The notes below the pieces were generated by a model that was not told where the DNA came from, made no database searches, and worked only from the letters and a program-made list of their open reading frames with translations. A DNA stretch of 60,405 bases, the filler included, from Ionaspis alba (lineage: Eukaryota): the NCBI GenBank assembly GCA_964255285.1. It is 9 parts of 9 records of this genome, joined end to end, with 100 filler letters (N's around TTAATTAATTAA, not from the genome) between each part and the next. Parts side by side here need not be neighbours in the genome. Positions count along the whole stretch, not along the records: positions 6,744 to 13,379 come from CAXUUL010000899.1; positions 13,480 to 20,111 come from CAXUUL010000900.1; positions 20,212 to 26,843 come from CAXUUL010000901.1; 6 more parts are not named here. One strand, given 5' to 3'. Positions 11,742-23,389 of the stretch are shown here, piece by piece. Both the position numbers and the translations under genes were made by a program. Within the stretch, counting starts at the first letter, position 1. Each line of letters starts with the position of its first letter.

Positions 11742-13379
11742 TCAAACCATCTTGACCCTACAGGGTAGATTCTCGCACGGCTGGCCCGCTCCCCATTGAT
11801 ACACTCTCTCCCCATTAACGGTCTTAACGGCCTTGCTTCCTGTACCGGCATCCAGCTCCCTGTATGCAGCTTCTATCTCAAATGTCCTCACCACCAACGC
11901 CAACACAATCTTCATCTCGATCATCGACAACTCCAGGCCTATGCAAGCTCTCGGGCCATGCTCGAATGGCCGCCAAGCTCCTTTTATCGGATGGAGTGGA
12001 TCCTCTGGCGAAACGAGCCAGCGATCGGGTATATAATCATCCGGTTGTGGCCAGTACGCAGGGTCGTGTTGAACAGCATGCGATATAAGCCATAGAAGAC
12101 AGCCCTCTGTCGGATATCGCCTCCCTTCCGAATCGGTAATGCTGAACCCCGGCTCCCCGGAGCGGGTAGTCGATGCAGCCGGAAAAAGGCGAATGCTTTC
12201 TTTGATCACGGCGACTGTGTAAGGTAGTTTATTAAGGCAATATGGATCTTCCGTTATGCGAACGGCCGCTGCCGAAGGATTGAAACCAAATACTTGGTCA
12301 TGCTCGGCACGGAGACGAGCTAGACTGTCCGGATGGATAGAAAGGAGGTAAAGGATGAAGCAGAGCGAACTACTTGTTGTATCGTGGCCTGAGAAGAGGA
12401 AAAGCTTCATTTGGCTTGTGGCGAGTTTTTTGAAAGAGCTGTCTAGGCCTTGACCGGCCTCTGCGCCGGCGTTTTCTTTGAGATAGGCGGTCAAGGCGAG
12501 GTCAATCACGCTTTTACCTTGGGGTTTGTCTTGCTCCTTCCGTATTGCGAAGCGGGCATCGATTTCTGGAGAGATATGTTTGTCCATCTGCCAAGTGTTG
12601 TAAATATGGACGAAAGGCCGCAGCGGGTGGTATTGTTGGAACGGATTGCCTTCACTCCCAAAAGCCATCCAACGCATCTGCCGTCGCAGAGCGTTTACCA
12701 TTGGATTACTTGTCAACTGTGAGTTCAAGTTGGAGTCCCTATCTACAGGTCAGCAAATCGTCTCTCAGAGTCTGGCGGTATTGTCTTACAGCACAACTTT
12801 TCCAATGACATCCATTGCCAGATTGTCCGTCAGAGTCTTCATTGGGAAAACGTTCCGCTTTACAGCATTCTTTTGAAGATTTTCACAGAAGACCGCTGTT
12901 TCTAGAACGATATCCGGCACCAGAGTCATTAAATGTTTGGCATTGAATCCAGGGTTAAAAATGTTCCTCCAGAATTTCCATTCTTGGCCATCCATCGAAA
13001 CGATGTCTTTTCCGTTAGTTAAGGGAAAGAGAAAATCGCGTATAGCTGGAAACTTTGGGAGAGTATGGGCTGTAGTGATCTGAGCCAAAGTTGAAGGAGA
13101 CGCTACCACCAGGGTGAGAGAGATGAATGGCCATGCGTCTATATAGAAGATAGGGCCCATATCAGGATACGTACGCCGCAATTGATCGGGAAGGTAGTGT
13201 TGGTGGGCATCATTTGGTAGCTTCGACATGACTCTGGCGAGGACAAAAATATGACCGAACACCAGGTTCAGCGGTGGCATGGCCTATTATAGTAATAAGC
13301 CATCGCTTGAAAGCACATGTCAAAAACGCATCTGGCGATTCTTTAAGTTACATACCAAGCCTTGCCTCCGTAACTCAAG
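11742..13379 (-). CDS. Cytochrome P450, StcS/VerA (CYP59)-like; 5' end truncated
   Basis: I-helix LFSGHDTTS, ExxR (ESIR), PDRW and heme motif FEHGPRACIG are present. Introns lie at about 12748-12789 and 13284-13356. Confidence 0.9.
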
Positions 13380-13479
13380 NNNNNNNNNNNNNNNNNNNNN
13401 NNNNNNNNNNNNNNNNNNNNNNNTTAATTAATTAANNNNNNNNNNNNNNNNNNNNNNNNNNNNNNNNNNNNNNNNNNNN

Positions 13480-13740
13480 AATTAAAAAATCTCGAAAACG
13501 AATAACGAAAGCGTTATAAATAATTATAATAATATTATAAAAATTACAAAAGCTACTAGGACAAAAAACACAGAAAACAAAAAAAATATAGGGAATATAA
13601 AAAATACAGAAGTTATGGGAGCTACAAAAGCTATAAAAGCTATAAAAACCTGCAAAAAAAAATTATCCAATTAATAATATAACCATTCATTGAAAAACCA
13701 TTTGTATAACTTTAATTATTTGATTTTACTATAGTAAGGG
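13480..13740. repeat. Extremely AT-rich, TpA-rich degenerate sequence (probable RIP-degraded repeat/TE edge)
   Basis: Abrupt A/T-rich, G-poor tract at the contig start, with short tandem units (gctacaaaa/gctataaaa/gctataaaa), in contrast to about 50% GC genic DNA. Confidence 0.55.
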
Positions 13741-13907
13741 GGAAAATACCAAGACCTTAGTGACCATATTGGTGGTAAAACCACTTTGGTGGGGGGCGAG
13801 ACTAATGCTTCATCTGGTCAAGCCTAGCCTTGCCGTATACCTGAGCTTCATGAGAACTGTTGCTCGATGTTTCGAATTGCATGGTGACATCTCCAGGCTG
13901 ACGAACC

Positions 13908-15456
13908 ATGTCTATTACTCCGATCATAACTTTCAAAGCTGGAGCTTGTGACCTTGATGTAAGTTCTTGCCTGCCAATCAGACCGTCTACATTTGTAACA
14001 GCTTGCACGTTTCTCAAACATGTCTAACATGTGCGCCAGGAGTCCGTAAAACCCTACAAAGTATCTCCTAGAGCTACTCCTGGCTACATATACCTCTACA
14101 AGGAAGATGATCTACCTCACTTTTGTTGGCGACCTCGATCCGCGCCTCTAAGCCAAGCCACTCTCGACCTCATCATGTTTCCTGGTGATGGCAGTTTCAA
14201 ACCGTACGAACCAACTTCCTCAGGTCCTGATTCGAAACCTCTCACAAATGGTCGAATCTTTGCCCTCAGATTCTCTTCGAGCTCCTCGCGACATTTATTC
14301 TGGCTGCAGTCAAGAACTCAACATCCAGGAGGAGATCCCAGCTGGTTCAGCCCCAGAGATCTAAAGCTTGGGCAGATTGTGGACAAGCTCCTACAGGGTG
14401 AGGAGGTGAATGTTCAGCACGAGATTGCAAACATATCGAATGATGAGGGTGGGGATGGAGAAGGAGATGAGGACGATGATGAGACGATGGAAGATGCAGA
14501 CGGCCCTGGCTTTGGATCCGATTTACAGCATGCGGCCAGCGGTGGTGCTGGTGCAGATGCCACTGGTGGTGACATAAGGGAGGAAGGAGAAGGGGCGAGA
14601 GAAGGTGGGGCAGATGGCGGAAGAGCGTAGGTGCAAAACTTTTCGATCAATATGATGTTACGAACGGCGTTCGGGACGGACGGCTTCGCAAAGCCATCCT
14701 CAAGATGACGAAGGTCAGCCTTCTTATGATATGTCTGGGGGACAGTTTCTTGTATTGATAAGTGTGTCGAAGTCACCAACAGTTGCTACTTCTACAATTC
14801 AATACCCGGAGAACATTCCTCATGCCCAATTTGCAAAGCATGCTTTGTGTGATGCCTTATTGTAAACGGGCTAATGCATCAACTTCAGGGCTGCTGCTGG
14901 CTCCGCGGATGCTCAAGCAGCTGTGGCAAACTTTCTCAAATCGCTGCAAGGCAACCAGGTCCTTGGCAGCCAACGACAATCTGGCCAGCCCAAACCTTTC
15001 ACTACACTGCCCGATCTACTTCAGACGTCGACCACTCTTCCAATCATTGAGGCTGCGAGCGAGAGCTACATCGATGAGCTTCTATCTAATGTACCACCCA
15101 CACTATTATTGCTTGCCCAAGAAGTGGACGATTCATCCTCGGTAGATGCGAACTCAGAGACTGCGAAGGCTGCCTTAGAGGCCTTGTCTCACGATCAAAA
15201 GAAGGATATCCTGCGAAAGGTTTTGAGATCACCACAATTTTCACAGAGTTTGGGAAGCTTGACAGTAGCATTGCGGGATGGTGGTTTGCCTAGCATATGT
15301 GATGCATTAAAGATCAAAGTGGAGAACGGTGGATTTATGCGGAGGGGAGGAGTACCTCTCGGTGGTGGGGAAGCAGTTGAAGCTTTCCTGGAGGCCATCA
15401 AAGCTTCGGTAGAAGAGGATGAAAAGCTGTTAGAAGGAAGGATGGACACCAATTGA
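13908..15456 (+). CDS. RPN13: 26S proteasome ubiquitin receptor Rpn13/ADRM1, 3 exons
   Basis: Exon 1 is MSITPIITFKAGACDLD followed by GTAAGT. The Pru domain includes GYIYLY..LPHFCWRPR..DLIMFPGDG..GRIFALRFSSSSSRHLFWLQ. The C-terminal DEUBAD-like region includes VLRSPQFSQSLGSLTVALRDGGL and VEAFL. Confidence 0.92.
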
Positions 15457-16196
15457 ATCATTTAAATAGCACTATCTCAGTTGCAGCGTAAGCATAGTGC
15501 AGAGAAAAAGATTTTAATTAGAATCGAAAGACGCCTTTGTGCATAATGATGATTATTTCCGATGTGCTTGGAGCTTTCACCCTCTCAGCAAACTCTCAAC
15601 ACGAACTTGTAGACAGCACTTTAGGTCCCTCTGGTTCATGCAGCGTGCCGTAAACTAATTGATAGTGGCTTTCTCACTCTTCCGCAATAGTCTCCCTTGT
15701 CATTGACCAAGGTACTCTCGCTTTTTACCTGAAAGTCGTCATTCTCCGCAACGGGAAGATGTATGTATGAGGCGGCCACAATAAACATGGGTGTCCCAAG
15801 GAACAGCTGGTCGCTGCTGCTGCCGAGTAGACGACCACTATTGAGATGCAAAAGCTTGGCAGATCCAGATCGATTTGGTGGCGCTCGACCCCTAATGCAA
15901 ATCTCTATAGGGAGCTAGCCAGTGCTAGCTAGGGCACAGTTCATCCCTATCAGAGCTGGGTTGCTACTTCCTTTGCGATATGAGAGACATGTCAGAGACG
16001 GGCAAGCGCAAGGGAGTTATACCTATACTATATTCGGAATACATGATTCTAATCTTGTGGTTTGCCCTGATCTTGGACATTTGTGCGCACCGGGTGGAAG
16101 CGACCTGAGGGAGCCATTCGTTCTACCTCGCCCCTGCGTTCGCCGTTACAGGAGATGCATTGATCCGTGACACTTTGCAAGACATCCGTGGTTCAC

Positions 16197-16296
16197 NNNN
16201 NNNNNNNNNNNNNNNNNNNNNNNNNNNNNNNNNNNNNNNNNNNNNNNNNNNNNNNNNNNNNNNNNNNNNNNNNNNNNNNNNNNNNNNNNNNNNNNN
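16197..16296. other. 100-N scaffold gap flanked by an exact 55-bp duplication (assembler artefact)
   Basis: 16142-16196 is identical to 16297-16351. Confidence 0.93.
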
Positions 16297-16388
16297 GCCG
16301 TTACAGGAGATGCATTGATCCGTGACACTTTGCAAGACATCCGTGGTTCACCTCTTCCTGCTCCCCGTTGTGGAACTCTCTGCCCAGC

Positions 16389-19248
16389 ATGGAGGCTGTT
16401 AACCATCCGGCCCCCGCACATCTTTTTATTCCTCCACGGACATCTCTACGGCCGCAAGAAAATCACCATCCGTCTTCTCCTCGAAAGCCCACCATCTCCG
16501 ACAGGCGCCGGGCCTCCAATCGTGTACGAATCCAACCCGCGTCACCCGAAGTCATTTCCTCGCTCATCTCGTCCCTTTCCGCCATCTCTACTCCGGTCGA
16601 GGATCACTTCGACAATTTGCCACTCGTTGACTCGCCTTCTTCGCCTTCTAAGGGCCGTAAGAGTGCAGCATACGAAAAGAGCGAGGACTTGTTCGCACAC
16701 AATGGCTTTGGCATGGACTATGGCGCATACAGTGCACCTCCAGGACAAAAGGACTTTGCATTTCTCCATCCAGACGATGCTGCCATATCACCTATCGTAA
16801 GGACTGCGAAACCCCCATCAGGGTTCTCGCCCCTAACAGCACCAAAGAGAAGCTCCTGGTCCAACGGTAGCTCCTCAACCTATAAAGGATCTCCCCTGCG
16901 TTCGAGAGATGACGACAGGACATTGACCAGTATCGGCAACCTGAGCATAGAGCCCGGACCACGAAAGTCCTCTGCAAGCATAAAATCTGCCAAAAGCACG
17001 TCTAAGATTAGCCTGAAAAGTCCCAGAAGCCTAGTGTTCCGATCCTCTAATGAGAGAATACGGGAGATGGACCGGGAACGAAAGCGCAAACCACCTAAGA
17101 CTGCGGAGAGTGGTAAGTCGTCTGCCCGCAGCGCAAAGCCGACTGCACGAGCGGCGCCAAACGATCCTTCCACAACCAACGGCAATCAAATCGAAAAGGT
17201 TGTTGTGGATCCACGAGTGACATTGGATTCTCCACGGGAATCTCTGCAACTGGATGCTCAGGAGCCACCTGTTCAACAATCCCCAAAGGCTGACTCAAAC
17301 CAGCACAGCCCTGGCGGCATAGGAGGAGGTCGATTCATACCCAATCGAGATTCGTCCTTGCGACATAGTTTAGGCTCGCCACCTCGGTCGAGGCGCAAAT
17401 CACATCGAACCCATCAGATCTATGTGGAAGACCCGCAGAAGCATATTGAAGGAAGACAAACACAAGGCGAGGCGTCAGAAGCTCGCGATGCGCAAAAGGT
17501 ATCAGATGACCCTGCTGAAGATGAGGTCTCACGAAGGATCAAGGAGTTGAAAGCTCAAAAGGAGTTGAGAGATCGCTCCCAACAAGCGGAAGAGCCGCAT
17601 GGAGATCCTGAGTCCAAACGCAGGATAGGTACGGAACGTAGCCTTCTTCCCTTACCATCGTACAAGAGCGACAAAGGACTGGGAGATTCAACCTCCCCTC
17701 TTGCAGAATTACCGAATGGACAAACCAGACCAAGTCAACAAGCACCTGGCTCGTCTGCTACTTTGTCCGGAGATACCCCAACAGTCTCTCGATCGGGTGA
17801 TATGTCACCCCCTCCAGCCAGCGCGCTTGCCAAATCCAAGCAGAATCAGTCCGGTAGCAAGAGAAGCTCGCTTTCACAAAGCAAGCACGAGCCACGGCCC
17901 AAGGGCCCGGCTCCTCTCGAGGCACACAAGCGAACTTTTTCAAATCCGTTATCGCATGTTGGGCGAACGTCAACATTCGATGATCGTCCATCCACAGCCG
18001 ATTCCATTGATGACGCAGTCGAGGATTATCTGGCATCGGCCAGATTGTCTCAGAAGATCTCTCATCCTCAAACCGGTCGAGTGATTTCGTTCTCTGAAGT
18101 CGGAGACCCAGACGGCTCCGTAGTGTTTTGTTGTGTTGGAATGGGCATGACACGTTTTCTTACTGCTTTCTACGATGAGTTGGCATTGACTTTGAAGCTA
18201 CGATTGATTACTCCAGACCGACCTGGTATTGGAGAAAGCGAGGCATACACTGATGGTTCTGATACTCCTCTTGGCTGGCCAGGTAAGCTGCTTTATTCGT
18301 TAGCCTCCTACAGTGCAGGATTAACATTTTCTCATAGATGATATTCGAGCCATCTGTCAGCACCTCAAAATTCCCAGATTTTCTCTCCTAGCCCATTCAG
18401 CAGGTGCCATCTACGCTCTGGCAACCGCTCTACGCATGCCTCAGCACATACGTGGCCGAATTCATATCCTGGCTCCTTTCATCCCTCCCTCCCAGATGTC
18501 CGTGATCGGCACTCATCAGGAAGCCCTACCGGCCACCTCCTTGCCATATTCGCAGCGTTTTCTCAGATCACTACCTACACCCTTTCTCAAAGCTGCGAAT
18601 TCAAGCTTCTTCAGCCTTACAAGCTCAAGCATCGCAACAAGCCTACCCAAATCTCCTCGAAGAAGCAAGCGTAGGAGTTTAACGCAGGACGTGCTGGAGT
18701 CACCGAACATGCCAGCGCCGGGCAACGCCTCTCGGCCTCGAGACTCGGTCTCACCTCGGCCACCAGCACAGGGGGCAAGAAGTACTCCCCTACCCCGTAG
18801 CGCGGCTCACTCGCCAGAGCCACCTCGGTCACTTGCTACGAGCCCTGCCCGAGAGCGCTTGACGGAACGAGAGCGCCAATCGGAATATGATGCCCGTCTT
18901 ACACATTCCATCTGGAATCTTGCGACCACGAACGCAAACCCCGCGGTTGATCTCCTTGTCTGTCTTGAGCGGCGTCAGGAAATCGGTTTCCGGTATGTCG
19001 ACATCACGAAGTCGGTGGTTATCCATCATGGTAGCCGAGATACACGGGTCCCAGTGGAGAACGTCAAATGGCTCGGGAAGACAATGCGGAACTGTGAGGT
19101 CAGGGTGCTTGAGGGTGAGGGCCATGGCTTGATGGCTTCGGCCCTCGTGATGGGAAATGTGCTTATGGAGATGGCGAAGGAGTGGGAGGATTGGAATTTG
19201 GTGGTTAAGGGGAAGAAGGGGGACAGGGGAGCGATATTGAGAGCTTGA
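16389..19248 (+). CDS. Alpha/beta-hydrolase-fold protein with long disordered N-terminus, 2 exons
   Basis: An intron at about 18283-18337 joins GRVISFSEVGDPDG..LITPDRPGIG to AHSAG (nucleophile), HHGSRD and GEGHGL (triad). The start is uncertain because of the upstream gap. Confidence 0.85.
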
Positions 19249-20211
19249 GAAGGTCTCAACGAGTCGCCGGGATTAATGGGTTTGATCTGGATAGTGGTGG
19301 CTTGGGAGAGGTTGTGCATGATCTATGGGTATAATAATTGCTTTTGCTGATCGCGAGATACCCATTGCATGAGCTTCTTTTTGATTGGGTTTGATAGAAT
19401 GGCCGGGCGCTGCTGGAATATGGGAGAGGTGTTCTGGGAGGAATTATCTTTAGATTTTTGCGTTGTATGATCTTAGTGAGGTGCCCTCTTCATGATTGCT
19501 GTAAGAGATGTAATTATCTTAATCATCGACTTCCAATAAATAGAGAAACTCTGTAGCAAAAACCTTTAAACTCGATTGGTCAAGGGCGCACTATTACACT
19601 TCGTTAAGTGTGCAACCTTCACCAGAGCCTAAGCTAATTGCTTTGGGCCCACAGTGCCGTTGAGAGCCACGGCGTATAATGATTGCTCGGCCCGTTGAGT
19701 GTCTCTGTATGGTCACTTGGTGGTAGGTGTACAAGCTTTAGCATAGGTACCATCAAATTGAGACTTTATAGATGGCATAGATGGCCTTCGATAGAGTATG
19801 AAAACATAGAAATGAACATCTTTGTTTATTGTGAAGGAATATACATGACTTGTAAACTGAGACTGTCGGTTGTTTAATAATGTTGAATTTACTTCAATCT
19901 AATTAGAATAGCTTTGCAATTGCGGTCTTGCCCCAGCACCTCTGGTCGAGGAATTCAAGAGCAGACTGGTCCAGAGAAGTAATACAATATCAAAAATGGA
20001 CATCAGCATGCCTGCTCTGTCTTCGCGCTCTGTAGCAGAAAGTGCCAAAAGACACAGCAAAAACATACAACAGCTGGTATTCGCTGGTGGTCACCCACCC
20101 AACTACTAATCNNNNNNNNNNNNNNNNNNNNNNNNNNNNNNNNNNNNNNNNNNNNTTAATTAATTAANNNNNNNNNNNNNNNNNNNNNNNNNNNNNNNNN
20201 NNNNNNNNNNN

Positions 20212-20473
20212 ATTCAATGTCGACTCTCTCGTCCCCATTAAAAGTACCCAAGCACCAAATAGCAGCATCAGCAGTTTTTAGCTCGTTGATGGTAGGTTCA
20301 TCATGTGAGGTAAAGTCTTTCACCACGATCACTGTAGCTTTAGGATTCTCAGCCAAGTTTCCAGGATCTCGACGAGTGAGAACAAGAACAGAAGTTATAG
20401 ATGGATGATTTAGGCATTGGCGAAGAACTTCACCCCCAATGTACCCTGTACTACCAGATAGAACAACTTTCAT
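20212..20473 (-). CDS. NAD(P)-binding Rossmann protein (atypical SDR/TIP30-like), 3' end truncated
   Basis: MKVVLSGSTGYIGGEVLRQCL..VLVLTRR..DF..AAIWCLG, running into the spacer. Confidence 0.8.
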
Positions 20474-20829
20474 GCTCGAGATCGAATTAGATGGTAACAA
20501 GCTGGCATTCCTTGCTGAAACAAGATCTTGCGTGGCAATAGAGAAAGAGAAAACATGAAACTGATTTGAATTCTAAGCTCGAAATAGATGCCTAAGTAAG
20601 CTGACTAGGCGCCAAGGCCTTGGTGGTCTCAGCAGGATCGGAGATAAGACCGAGCGCGACACCCCGATCCTCAAGCCACGCGGATGAGCGCTGCGCCAGT
20701 GTACAACTGCCAGTTCGAGTAGATTCTTCTCACGCAGTACAGCAAATCTGGTCATTTCGGCCTGAAGAGCCCTGGTAGATTGTTCGTGGTGTAAATCTTA
20801 AGAATCCCTTCTACAATTCATCCCGTATT

Positions 20830-22257
20830 TCAGGAGATGTCCGCAATCAGATCTACTACTTCCCTTGATTCTCTTCGGACCTCAAGCCAGCCTCTTTCCG
20901 CAACTCTAATGATCTTGCCATCTACACATACCCGTCGCCAACGACTATCTGCTTCTTCGAAGTCAATCCGCATGCCTTCAATATTATCATAACCAACACC
21001 TTCTTCCTCAACATGCCGGCCGTCCGCAAAAGCCAATCCAAGGATACGCATGACTTCTTCACTTGACGTATTACCGAAGTGAACTAAGCGCAACTGGCCG
21101 TCGAGCGGCTTCGAATATGGTGAGATCTTGAGCCTTTCTTCCAGATTCGAAACCAGGGTTGCTAGCACATATAAGTGCTGCGTTCGGTCAAGCTGCGTAG
21201 AGTACTCTTGTCCATCATCGGTCTTCTTAAAGAGAGTGATACGTCCTTGGTAGACGTGAGGACTGGATCCATCAGAAGGGTGGAGGAGCTCCTGAGCAGC
21301 CATCTGAAACCTCTGTGCTCCGTATTTCCGATATTCCGTCGTATCGCTATCCGCCACAAGAGAAGCATGGAGTGCCCAGCTGCAGACAACCGCTCCATGT
21401 ACTACCCCGTATTCTGATCCTTCTGTACCGAGGGGCTCGGATTCTTGGCCTTCGTTCAATAGGTACTCCGTACCAGCAGAGAATCTTACAGTAAATATAG
21501 GTAAGTTATGCGGATTGCCTCGGAGGAAGCTTCTGATTCCTCTGGTTGGGCCGTTATTCAAACCAGTAGAGTTTGCTAAGGCATTTCCTGTCCCCATAGC
21601 CAAGAGCCCAACGATTGGCTTGACGAACTGCGGGCTGTGTGAGCTTTGCAGTAGCCCATTGACAATATCGACCATCCCACCATCTCCCGAGAGAAGCAAG
21701 ACCGTTTGGGCAGAGCCTTCATTCGCACGGATAGCAAGTGTTTCCGAGACAAATTCCTTGACTGATCGATCTGAAGTCGTGATATGAACATCGTAGTCCC
21801 CTTTAGTGAGGCCGAAGCTTTGTAGTACTTTCTCAACGATCTGGCTGAAAAATGTAGCTGCCATACATGTGCCAGACCTGACAGAGACGATGATATGAAG
21901 ATTGCAGTTTCCTTGAGCATCCCGAGCAACATGTAAATGCTTCGGAAACCCAAGGATGAGATATTCTCTCAAGATCCTCTCTGGCAGACTTCTAATATGC
22001 TTCCGGCTGACCATAATATGATTTTTCTCGGATGATTTGTCAACTTCACCGAGCGCTTCCTCTCCAAGGTATAGTAATTCATACTCTCGCACCCGTTGTC
22101 CCTCGACCTCGGATTCTGAATCCAGTACAGCTATCACATTCCCCAATGCTATCTCTTCCTTCCCGTCTTCACCGTTTCGATGGAGTATGAGGGTTTGAGA
22201 GTTATTGAGTTCAAGAGATCCCCAGAGTTGGCCATTCCGAGCAGCAGGAGCTGTCAT
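20830..22257 (-). CDS. Diacylglycerol/sphingoid-base kinase catalytic-domain protein
   Basis: 475-aa single-exon ORF with SVRSG, LLSGDGGMVDIVNGL, MGTGNALANS and C-terminal CVDG motifs. Confidence 0.85.
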   Translation of the reverse strand: MTAPAARNGQLWGSLELNNSQTLILHRNGEDGKEEIALGNVIAVLDSESEVEGQRVREYELLYLGEEALGEVDKSSEKNHIMVSRKHIRSLPERILREYLILGFPKHLHVARDAQGNCNLHIIVSVRSGTCMAATFFSQIVEKVLQSFGLTKGDYDVHITTSDRSVKEFVSETLAIRANEGSAQTVLLLSGDGGMVDIVNGLLQSSHSPQFVKPIVGLLAMGTGNALANSTGLNNGPTRGIRSFLRGNPHNLPIFTVRFSAGTEYLLNEGQESEPLGTEGSEYGVVHGAVVCSWALHASLVADSDTTEYRKYGAQRFQMAAQELLHPSDGSSPHVYQGRITLFKKTDDGQEYSTQLDRTQHLYVLATLVSNLEERLKISPYSKPLDGQLRLVHFGNTSSEEVMRILGLAFADGRHVEEEGVGYDNIEGMRIDFEEADSRWRRVCVDGKIIRVAERGWLEVRRESREVVDLIADIS

Positions 22258-22597
22258 GGTGGAGATCTGGTGGTATACAACTATCCCAGCTCCAGAAGGG
22301 CCGGTTTCGAAGCAATTGAGTCATCCTGGCCATTGTGCGACAAATCTGTCCTGCAACAATGGGATTGATAAGCTCGTGATGATGAGTGCTGCGGATTACT
22401 GGGCATGAAAGGTAAATCTGCAAAAGCGCGCTAAGGAGCTCATAGAGGGCCAATGCCAAGCTCGCAACACCACTTCTCGCATCAGCTTTGATCAGCCAAT
22501 TATAGGCGGTGCACCTCTGCTATCTCCCACTCCATCAAAACCATGGCCGCCTTACTTTGATGAACATTTTTCAACTTATCGAACGACGCCCGCCATT

Positions 22598-23317
22598 ATG
22601 AACGGCGCCGGTCTCTTCTTCCTACTCCTCCTCCTCCTCGTCATCCTACCTGCTGGTATTTGGGTTGGCTATACTCGCTGGCGCGCTCATAAGAATGATC
22701 TACCACCACCTCCCCTATCGGCTTACATACCATTCTACAAATCGTCACCCTCCAATTTTCCGGCGGCGCCTCGCTCTTCCGGGGTCGTCGGCTGGGTGCA
22801 GGACAAGTTTCGAAATCTCAAAAATTCCCGGTCAGCAGGTGGAGCCTATGAAGGAGGTCGAGGCGGTCGCAGAGGTTTTGGGCCGTTAGATCCAGATGGA
22901 GCTTGGGATACAAGAGTTGGGGCTGAAGCCGATGCTTACGGACCAGTGGGCGACTACGAGGAGCAGGAGCTTGGACTTCACCCTCCTCCCCCTGGCGCTT
23001 ACGGGGGAAGTGGATATGGGGCTCCGACTTTACCAGAGTATGGGCATGAGGATATGGGAAGAGGGAGAAGTAGGAGTCGCAATGGGGATGCTTACATTGG
23101 AGGAAGTCAACGGGGATTGGATCAGAGATATGATGAGCATATGCGCGGCGACAATCCTTTCGATGATGGAGCTGAGAGGAGCAATTTGAGAGGTGTAAGC
23201 CCTAGACCTGTAGAGACAGACGGAGGTGCGAGCGGTCACGCTAAGAAGGGGAGTGGTGGTGGAACGCATGACGATAGTCCTACGGAGAGAAAATCGATGT
23301 TTCGAGAGGCGGTCTAG
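22598..23317 (+). CDS. Conserved fungal single-pass membrane protein, function unknown
   Basis: 239-aa ORF with an N-terminal hydrophobic helix and a Gly-rich tail containing GFGPLDPDGAWD, NPFDD and RKSMFRE. Confidence 0.72.
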   Translation: MNGAGLFFLLLLLLVILPAGIWVGYTRWRAHKNDLPPPPLSAYIPFYKSSPSNFPAAPRSSGVVGWVQDKFRNLKNSRSAGGAYEGGRGGRRGFGPLDPDGAWDTRVGAEADAYGPVGDYEEQELGLHPPPPGAYGGSGYGAPTLPEYGHEDMGRGRSRSRNGDAYIGGSQRGLDQRYDEHMRGDNPFDDGAERSNLRGVSPRPVETDGGASGHAKKGSGGGTHDDSPTERKSMFREAV

Positions 23318-23389
23318 GCTATCATATAATGGAGTTATTGGTTTTGTGGGGAACTCGAAGCGCATACGAAAGTTTTGTATCATATTGTT

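Noticed and set aside
16142..16351. 55-bp direct repeats around gaps (also 49835-50044) as target-site duplications or LTRs
   Set aside because: Both are exactly 55 bp and abut a 100-N gap, which indicates a k-mer overlap artefact.
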